Shown piece by piece: positions 54,385 through 64,000 of a stretch of DNA of 64,000 nt. Source of the stretch: Camelus ferus (taxonomy: Eukaryota). Position 1 is the first letter of the stretch. Each line of letters starts with the position of its first letter. Below the pieces are notes generated by a model. It was not told where the DNA came from. It searched no databases and saw only the letters and a program-made list of their open reading frames with translations. The translations under genes and the position numbers were made by a program. Where the stretch lies: positions 81,284,001 through 81,348,000 of the forward strand of contig NC_045697.1 in the NCBI RefSeq assembly GCF_009834535.1, in the 5' to 3' direction.

Positions 54385-56262
54385 GGGATTTTAAAAAGAG
54401 CAAGCAAAGTTTATATGGAAAGCAAGGCTCAGAATAGCCAACACTACACTGAAGAAGAACAAAGTCATAGGACTAACACTAACAAATTTCAAGACTTATG
54501 ATAAAGCCACAGTAATCAAGACAGTGTGTAATTGGCAAACAAAAGGATACATAGATCGATGGAACAGAATAGAGCCCCCAGGATTAAACCCACACAAAGA
54601 CAGTCAACTAATCTTTTGCAAAGAGCAAAGGCAATTCAGTGGAGAAAGGATAGGTTTTCAATAAATGAAAACAGAACAACCGGACAACCACATGTTAAAA
54701 ATATTACATCTACACAGATCTTCTACCCTTCTAAAAAATTAACTCAAAGTGAGTCAGAAACATAAATGTAAAATGAAAAAACTATAAAACTCTTAGAAGA
54801 CAACACAGGAGAAAATCTAGGTGACCTTGGCTTTGGTGATGACTTTTTTGATACAACACCAAAGGCACAATCCATAAAAGAAAAAAATGATAAGTTGGAC
54901 ATCATTAAAATAAAAGCCTTTTCTGTGAAAGACACTCCCAAGAGAATAAAAAGACAAGCTACGTATATAAATAGATGAAAAAAATTTCTTCTGTATAGCA
55001 CAGGGAAATATGTTCAATACTTGTAATAACCTTTAATGAAAAAGAATATGAAAACGAATATATGTATGTATATGCATGACTGTGACATTAGCTGTACACC
55101 AGAAATTGACACTTTGTAACTGACTATACTTCAATTTAAAAAAAAGACAAGCTACAGACTGGGAGAAAATAGTTGTAGCAGGCATTACCTGATAAAGGAC
55201 TGTTACTCAAAATATACAAAGGACACTTAAAACTCAACAATAAGAAATTTAATAACCTAACTTACAAATGAGCCAAAGACCTGAACAGACACCTCACCAA
55301 AGAAAATATACAGGTGGCAAATAAACATATGGGAAGATGTTCTGCATCATATGTTATTAGGAAACTGCATGTTAAAATGGCAATGAGATACCACTACACA
55401 CTGTTAGAATAGCTAAAACCCCAGACAGTGGCAACACCACATGCTGGAGATAGATGGGGAGCAACAGGAAATCTCATTCATTGCTGGTGGGAATGCAAAG
55501 TGGTACAGACACTTTGGAAGACACTATGACGGTTTCTTACAAAACTAAACATAACCTTTTATGATCTAGCAGTTGAGCAACTTGTTATTTGCCCAAAAAT
55601 GTTGAAAATTTCCATCCACAAGAAAACCTCTCTACAGATGTTTATTGCAGTTTTACTCAGAGTTCCCCAAACTTGGAAACAGCCAAGATGTCCTTCAGTA
55701 AATGAATGGATAAAAAAATAAACTTTGGTACATGTGTACCAAATAATGAAATAATGGACTATTATTCAGTGTTAAAAAGAACTGAGCAATCAAACCACAT
55801 AAATAAATGGAGAAATCCAACATGCACATTACCAAGTGAAAGAAGCCAGTTATAAAAGGCTACATACGGTACAATTCCAACTACATGACAAATGGAAAAG
55901 GCAAAACTATACAGACACTAAAAAGGCCAGTAGTTGTCAGTTGGGGGAATAGGTAAGGAGGGATGAGCAGGTGGAGGACAGGGATCTTTAGGGCAGTGAA
56001 ACTACTCCATGTGATACTGCAACAATGAACACATCTATTACACATTTGTCAAACTCCAGAGAATATACAGAACCAAGAATAAACCCTAATATAAACTATG
56101 GACTTTAGTGATAATGATGTGTCAATGTAGGCCCATCAATTGTAAGGAATGTTGGCGGTGAGGGAGGGAGCATGTGTATGTATCCCTGTTGCGGGGGGTG
56201 TATGGAACTCTGTGTACTTCCTGATCATTTTTGCTGCTCTAAAAAGTGAAGTGCATTTTTTT
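54385..56262 (+). mobile_element. L1MB/MC-like ORF2 3' half and 3'UTR, interrupted by a younger L1
   Basis: aagtttatatggaa...ttcaagacttat...aaagccacagtaatcaagacagtgtg...aaaccctaatataaactatggactttag. Confidence 0.9.
54963..55140 (+). mobile_element. Young lineage-specific L1 3' end nested in an older L1, 15-bp TSD
   Basis: TSD AAAAAGACAAGCTAC at 54948-54962 and 55141-55155. The body matches the 3'UTR at 10060-10240. Confidence 0.93.
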
Positions 56263-56753
56263 TAAGTGTAAGAAGTTTCACAGCATTTATATATAATTTT
56301 TTAGCTCATATATTTGTAGCCCCATTTGGGTAGCACAGTTAGATGCATTTAAGAAGCACAATATAAGAGTTACAGTAATTTATTTGAAAGAAATTATGTT
56401 CTTCACTCACATTTTCTAAACAGCATTAGAGTTCCAATTCATAAAACAAAATGACACTTCTAAAATGTTGGTGTTCCTACTTTCAATTTTCCTGTACCCC
56501 AAAGCTACTGTGGAAATCCCACATGACAAAATTTCCTTTCTGCCAACTAATTCACTATTTCTTCTTTTCCCTTTCCTCTTACTCATTTCCTTTAAGACTC
56601 TATTATATTGATCAATTAACTTTATACTCAGAAAACGAAGTATTTTTCTCTTAAGGGGGGAAATGGAATGGGTGAATGTTTTACTCTGTTGGAGGGGCAA
56701 TATTGTGAACATTCTCATATGAATTCTTATTATTCTGTCACATAAGAAAGAGA

Positions 56754-56798
56754 AATTTCATGACATGGTATTTGAATTTCATGACTTGGTATTTGAAT
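56754..56798 (+). repeat. 21-bp tandem duplication (AATTTCATGAC[A/T]TGGTATTTG)x2
   Basis: Seen directly; one mismatch. Confidence 0.9.
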
Positions 56799-56837
56799 GG
56801 AGAGGGGAAAAAATCTCCAAAAGACTTCAGACTTTCA

Positions 56838-57600
56838 CATTCATTCATTCAATATTTACTAAATGCTTACCAAGTAACAGCTGCACTATTCACCTGATAA
56901 ACATTGCTTCTTCTCTCTCAAAGCAGTGGAAATCTATTCCATGACACATTGGAGTAAAAAGGCAATTGCAATAGACCATGACAAGTGTGATAAGAGGAAA
57001 AGTAAAAAGTTATATGGAAGCAGAAAAGATGTGGGTAGGGAAAATAAGTGGAACGCAATACATTTTTTTGGAAATGTCTATGAGATATTCAAAAACAATG
57101 TCCACTAGGCTGTTAAATATATCAGAATAGAATTTAAGGTCTATGCTGGAATGGTAAGTTAAAGGGTATAGGTCTACCATTAAAACCTTTGACACGGCTT
57201 GAATTACGGTTAGAGAAAGACAGCCATGAAAGCTACAGGCAAAGGGACACAAATGTGTCTGATCAAGAAGTGAACACTATAAATGAATCAAGAAATACAA
57301 CAGAAAAATTGACCTTGACTTTGATGACCTTAACAAAATGTCCAGTGTGTAGTGAAGTCAAGTAAAAGATTAAGCTGAGTTGAGAAGGAAGTAGGTGGTG
57401 AACAAGTTAAGAATAACTGCAAGTAAAAAGAAAAAGCGAAAGAGTTAATAGAAACATAAACTTGTTGCCAAGTGAAAACTGTAAGGGTGTGCTGAGATTT
57501 CAGGGAAACGAGAGAGTCCTATGGACTTGAAGTAGTTAGGAGAGGACTCAGAGAAGGAAGTAAATTCGTCTAATCATTGAAGAATGAGAGGATTTGGATT
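56838..57600 (-). mobile_element. L2 remnant (3' end first)
   Basis: cattcattcattcaatatttactaaatgcttac is an antisense L2 tail, followed by a purine-rich L2 body. Confidence 0.55.
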
Positions 57601-60589
57601 TTAGGGGGGAGGGAAGAGATCTGAAACAGAGAAGAAAACAAGAGCCAGGACCAGGCAGGGGAATGACATGCCGATTTTGCCCTTAGAATTCCAATACAGT
57701 ATTAATTTTTTGGTATTTTTCTTCCAACATTTTAGTTAAATCAACTTATAGCCAATGGCAATAAAGTGACTGCCATCAACTGATAATTGCTTTGGGTTAG
57801 CTCAATAATCATTCTTTAAATACTGTTACTATATTTAGTATTGATCTGCATCCTTGTTAATTATCTCAGCAGACAATCGTGGAAGCGGTTATCCATGAAA
57901 CATAAAATGCTCACTTAGCTCTCCTATTCTTACAGGTAAGAAAACTATAAGATATAGAGATGAATGAATGAAATTACCATATGAGAACTTCTTGACCTAT
58001 AAATGCATAGAGCAGAGAGAAAAAGAATTTTGCTTGATATTTAGTATCAAAGTTTAATTTCAAGAAATCACAAAGGGATTTATTAAACTATAAATTACTT
58101 AAAAATTTATATTGTCTTTATTTGTGACTTTAATGTGTTACTAATAGTATTACAATTTATGTTCACAAGTTACATAAAAATCCAGAGTCTCTCAGAATCT
58201 ATACTTCCAATATTTTAATTATTCTCCCTTTGAATTGAAGTATTACTTTATCATTATTGATAGGATTTGCCTACAGCAGAGTAACAAAAGATTACTATCT
58301 CCTAAAATTCATTTCAACAACCACTTTTCTACCACTGACTTTCTTATCTAGAGACTCTTAAAGGACTCAATACATAAATGCCTGGAGAAAATTTAGATTG
58401 TTTTTGGGCAGTATAACTGAAGTCTATTATCTAGTTTATAGGAAGTTCTAGTAGGTTTTTTTTTTTTCATTATATTATCTCACTATCAGGATATTATCTG
58501 TGTAACATTATATACTACTGATTTTGAGCTGCTTGTAATGGAAATATAAATAAACTCTTTTTAAAAGGACACTCTTTATCCTGTGTACAAACAGCTATAA
58601 ACTTTAGTTATTGAAATTATTTTTTTAAAGAACTCCAGGAATGAATAAGTGGAGAATTTAATGCACAGAAAAGCGAAGACACCTGTCCAATCACACAGCT
58701 GATGTGAGCCCACATTTTCTGACTGATTCTAGGTGTCCTCCTCCGTTACTGCTGATCTGTAGCCACACCCTACATGGCAAGAGGTAGAATTTCATTGCTA
58801 TAAACAAGAGATATAAAGAACTTTATTGAAATGGAAATACTGAGCTTTTTTTTTTTTTGCTGATCCTATTTCCTAACTGGCTTTTCTATATCTTATAGTT
58901 ACTATTTCCACCGTTTACTTATTTTTCTCTCTCAGAGCTTCTTCATTTTACACAGCACAAAAGAGTCAGACAGTCCTTTACCAAAGACAGACATGCTCCA
59001 TTCAGTTTCACTGGTAATCTGTGTCTATTTTTTTTAAATAATTACTTTGTATTTTATGTTATTTTAACTTTTAGATACTGCAGAGTAAAACACCAGCTTG
59101 GCCATCAACCAGAAATAACGTGACTGGTCACACATAAATACATTCCATATAGAAGTTCATCTTCCCACCCAAACTGATTCAGGATACACAATTCTCAAAG
59201 TTTGGAAAAAGCTCATGATAAAAACTCATGAGAAGAGACATGGAATGATTTCAAGCATTCTGCTACTTTTCAGAGGCAACATTTTTTGAGAGGCTCCTAT
59301 TTTAATACTCGATGAGTGGAATCTAGAATTATTACAAACAGTACTTATGAATGCTTTAAAAGGATGTTAGGCACTGTACCAATATAATCACTTACCAAGC
59401 TTATTTGGTAAAAAATACTGGGAGATCATGAAATGTAGAATATTTTGTTGATCTTCAAACTATCTTTGGGAGAAAAGAACAGGAGGAGTGCAAGTGATCT
59501 TGTGCTAAATGTGAAAGCCATAAGGTCAATTTAAGATACCAACACGTGTGTGGTAAAACTGAAAATATAATCGGTATCTTTTTATTCTCAGTCTGGGTCA
59601 ACATTAGTAATTTAGAGAAGTTCAGTCTATTGTCCAAAGGTATCTGTGAAAGGAAGGCCTGCCTTGAGTAGGAGTAAGATGGGGGTTACCAAGCTCTCTT
59701 GTGTTTCTCATTGTGGGGCTACAAGCAATGTGGATAATAACCAGTCTGCTCACCTCAAAGCTGGTTCCAGGAAAACAACTGGGTAAAATTATGTAGCAGC
59801 ATAATTTTCACATGTTTACATGGTTTCCACGTGTAAAACAAAACCATTTTTTTTTCATTTTCCCTATTCTTTCTTTTCCCCAAAGATATCCTGAAGATCA
59901 ACAAAATGTTTTACATGCCATACGTTCCCAGTATTTTCTACCAAATAGGCTTCCTGAAAGAATTATTTTGATTCAGTACCTAGCATCCTTTTAAAACATT
60001 CGTAAGTAACTTTTGTAAAAATTCTAGGAAATATGTCAATATAGACACCACATGAAATAGTTCTTAGTGTTTTACTAGAGAAAATTGCAAGTGAAGTAAC
60101 ATTTGTATTTGTTTTAGTTCTATCCAGTTTCAGTTTCTGAAACTTTGCCTTATCTTCTTCCAATCCCACATTTTTCCTTACTTCAGCATGCCAGAAAATT
60201 AAGACAAACTGTTTGGCACCTTTTTCTGATAGTATTTTCTTCTGGTTAATGGTCTGTCTCCCTTAAGATATTTGAATCTCAGTTAATTTTCAAAACTGTG
60301 TGGAGTCAGATTGAACTGTTGACCAATGAAGTTTGATCCTTTAAGATGGATTTAATATTGTTAATATTCAAATATGTGATCAAAAATACAGTAAAGACAG
60401 TGCAAAATGTGATTTCGACCATTATCTCCAAGTGAAGAGGACTGGAAACAGTCAATACTCATCACTCAAGGGTTTCTTTAAATCAGTACAAAATGCTCCA
60501 TTGCAGGCCACAGTCAGAGTACTGACACATGTAAGTAATAATTACTTCTATTATTTTAACACCTCTCATGCTTCCAAAATTGCACTCAG

Positions 60590-60750
60590 AACTTTATGCT
60601 TATTGTCACATTTAGCTTTCCCAGCAATTCTATGAAGTAGTTATTATTCTTTATATTTAAAAAAAGTATATTATTATTTGCAGATCATGAATCTGAGGCC
60701 CAGAAGGGTTAATTAGCTTTGTTAAGGTTATATTACAAGATTCTAACTCT
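60590..60750 (-). mobile_element. MIR remnant
   Basis: cagcaattctatgaagtag...tttgcagatcatgaatctgaggcccagaagggttaa. Confidence 0.6.
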
Positions 60751-63700
60751 AGCTTTGGTGGAATTTAACATTACCTCCTGCCTTCTGTGTTGTAATGCCA
60801 CCTCACATTTAAATCAATTCAGTTTGATAACATGACTGCAACTCTTCTCTAACAAGACTCATATGTCACAATGAAGCCAAACAATCTTTATAATCCTTAT
60901 CACTTAGAAGTTCATGGAAGCCAGAATTATCTTTCTCACTCATGCACCTAATCTTTTGATATTTTCTTCCTTGGATAGGCTCAAATGAGGAGTTAAACCA
61001 ATATGTTTAAATAAAAAAAAAATCAATTCATTGCTCAATTAAGAAATTTATCATTTCATTTTCTTTAAGAGCTTATGCACTTTTTAAAATGACCTTTTTA
61101 AGAAAAGTTGCTTTTATGCTCTAGGACACAGCCTGATTAATACAAATATTCCTGCTATGTAATTTTACCTAATCATTATTTACTTGAATTTTGTTGACCA
61201 GTCTTCTAACTAAATGCTAGAGCTGCATTTGAAGTGGGCAGATTGTTTACTCTAAAGCCTTTATCCACACTCCTTACAGTCACATGATGAAAAACTCAAG
61301 ACACTTTGGTAGCCACATTTATCTACACATGGCAGACTTTCCTTCCACAGAAGTCTTCTGGATAAGTAGCACTCCAACCTGTGATTGCTCTGTCTGACTG
61401 AAATCTCACTGATTTTCAGGATGTACAGTTTCTCTTGATATTGGACAGAAACTACATCCCAATATATTTCATATTAGTCTGCTGGTGCCACATACTCTAA
61501 AGCAAATTCCATTTTCATTAAGAAAAAAAAGCCCTGCAACATATAAAGGTACCTATACTGTTTCTCCATAGTCTTTTTTTCCTTATATATCATATCAAGG
61601 TTTCTTCAACTTTTGTTCACCTGACAGGCTACCCAGATGTCACATTTTACATTCATCACATTTGACATTTATCACACTCTTGCTATCTGCCTCTTGGTCA
61701 AACACTCTCTAAGCATTCATGCTATCAAGTTTTTTGGTTAAATGAGGGGTGGTGATAAACACATAATAATTACATCACAAGGTAACAGGCACTGTGATAC
61801 AATCACGAGAATAGAGCAAGGACAGTGGTCCACCCGGCAGGGAAAGGAAGCTCAGAGAAGACTGCTCCCGACATGAGGCATCAGGAACCTGAGATGGGCG
61901 AGCAGGCAAAATGATGTCAGACCTGTGCTAACTAGGATCACTGTTTCTTTGCTCTTGGTGCTGTGATTCTGTTAATTCAGTTTAAGGTTGATTAGCATTG
62001 TATTAGCCTTATTAAACTTTTGCTTCTTGTTGAGTTTCACATACTTTCGTAATTGATGGAATGTTTTTTTAAAAATTCAGTAATTACATTTATCCCTCTG
62101 TAAGTTCATTATGCTAAGTCCATCGTTCCAGCCAACCGAGTGATGATTTGGAATACAACTTCTCACACCCACCAATTTGTGAGAATGAGATAGGGGACCA
62201 GTTCTTCTGTTGCTTGAGTTTAAATAATAGCATTAACTTTCAGGCACTAGAAAAAAAATACAATAATTTGAGATAATCTACTCACACACTACTTGTTAAA
62301 TACCTTGGAATGTAAAAAGTAGAAGTAAAGTTGAGAATTACATTTTCTAAAACACATTGATCTTTCCATTTTACAGGGAAAGTAACAGTAAACCATGTGT
62401 CATACCCCAAACTCTACCAGACAATTTCACAGAATCAAGGAGAATAATCAAAAGGCGGAGTCAAAATTCAGCTTGTCAGCTTGCATATTACAAAGAGTTG
62501 CTAGTCCTCATTACATTTTGTCTACAAAATGAAGCAATGTTCTTACTTTGGCATATAGTCTATGGTAAATAGACTTTCTGAGTCTCAGTTTATCAGAACT
62601 GTACTTCCTGATCAGCTCTCTAGCTTTCACCTACACCCTTGAACCTAGCACCTTGTTCATCTCATAGAACAAAACAGCCTCACTACAGGGTCTTCATTTG
62701 TTTACTCCCTTTCTTCTCCCACCAGAATGCAAGTCTCCTGAGAGCTGTTTTGTTCAGTCTCGTATTTTCAACGGTGCCATGTTAAAAATAATATGTATAT
62801 TTATTATTTTTATCACTATGAACATTACTGAACAAAAATGATAAGCTGTTTTTTTTCTGTTTAAAGTGAAAAATATGTCCAGATGGAGAAAGAGAATAAC
62901 CTAAATACTAAATTGAGTTAAACTTCGACTGACCAATTTAGGCATCTTTTCCGTGGTTATTAAAAAAGTGCCCTATTTCAAGGAAAGCGGCTTCACAAAC
63001 TGAGATCATCAGGAAACATAATAGTTGAAATGAATTAATAAGTGTAATTTTATTGCCTGGGTTTGACTTTATGTATTATTTACTATGTATTATGTATTAT
63101 TATGTATTATAGTATGTGAAATCTCAATTGGATTGACATAACTATTTGTGAAAGACTGGTTGGGAAACAAATGAAATTTAATTCAAATTCTAATTATTCA
63201 TTTGCACTTTAGAGTAATGAATAGAATTAAGACTTTTATATGCGTTCACAGGAGCATATGCATTTCTGCATCTGTTTCCTTTTCCTGTATTAATCTTTAA
63301 TGTCGCTATATTTATTTCTGAGGTTTAAATTATTTTTATGTAGGCGTGAAAGACTATTCAGTACATCAAGAAGAAGAACTCTTTCGAGATGTCTGATGAA
63401 ATATGACAAATTCTGTGGATCAGCAGTCTACAATTGAATTTCTGATTCAGGAATGGAGTCAAGCCAGAGCATCTTAATGTGCAAAATAGCTTTCTCTTCT
63501 CTCTTTTTCTTCCATTAGCACATGGCAGTCGGCCTTTAGGCTGCATATGAATGTTACTATGTTTAAACTATTAAATATAAAAATGATTTATGGGGGTTTA
63601 AAATACCAGCATAAAGATTATTTCCATTTATTGTTATTTTATTTTTGCCACTAAGCTGCATTTGCTGCATGAAAAAATTTCCACTGGCGATGAAAGGGAA

Positions 63701-64000
63701 GCATATGGAAAGAGAGCAAAAGATTCCACTTAAAGAATTTAGTCAATTAAATGGAAATTCATAGGTAGGAGAACAGGTACTATTTTAAGGTGAACATCAC
63801 TACTTCTCTGACATGAATTTCCCATCCTATCTTACCTTTCTTTTATTGTTTCGCGTATCTTACCCCCTTTTTCTGTGCCTTTTTCCCCACCCATTCCCAT
63901 GTTCTGACCTGGCCTTCAGATGAATAATACCTGATGTATTAACACGAGTGCTGTGCTCCTGGACTTTGCACGACAGCCTCTGAGCTGAAGTGGCAAAAGT

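Noticed and set aside
35451..64000. NDST4 exon 1 or promoter
   Set aside because: I could not identify a CpG island or confident first exon; it probably lies beyond the window end.

Overview
This is AT-rich mammalian genomic DNA. The young L1 3' ends resemble cetartiodactyl, probably camelid, L1, and I saw no Alu, B1, Bov-tA or PRE-1 SINEs. The window lies within the large NDST4 gene (heparan sulfate N-deacetylase/N-sulfotransferase 4) on the minus strand. The only exon I can support is the first coding exon, 35429-34206. The sequence to its right is upstream intron (exon 1 not identified here) and the sequence to its left is downstream intron. As given, the exon carries a 1-bp insertion (34342-34344) that frameshifts NDST4 at about codon 280 and truncates it at 308 aa; this is either a loss-of-function allele or an assembly error. 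The introns hold L1, L2, MIR, ERV/MaLR LTRs, hAT remnants and microsatellites. The most unusual element is a ~345-bp TSD-flanked mini-L1 (42371-42715) with an L1 5' end joined directly to an L1 3'UTR. The join falls at an AG that, in another L1 copy in this window, lies 18 nt downstream of a perfect TACTAAC branch point, which suggests a spliced, ORF-less, retrotransposed L1 RNA. The other ORFs in the track are repeat-derived or chance. Repeat family names come from recalled consensus sequences, not database searches.
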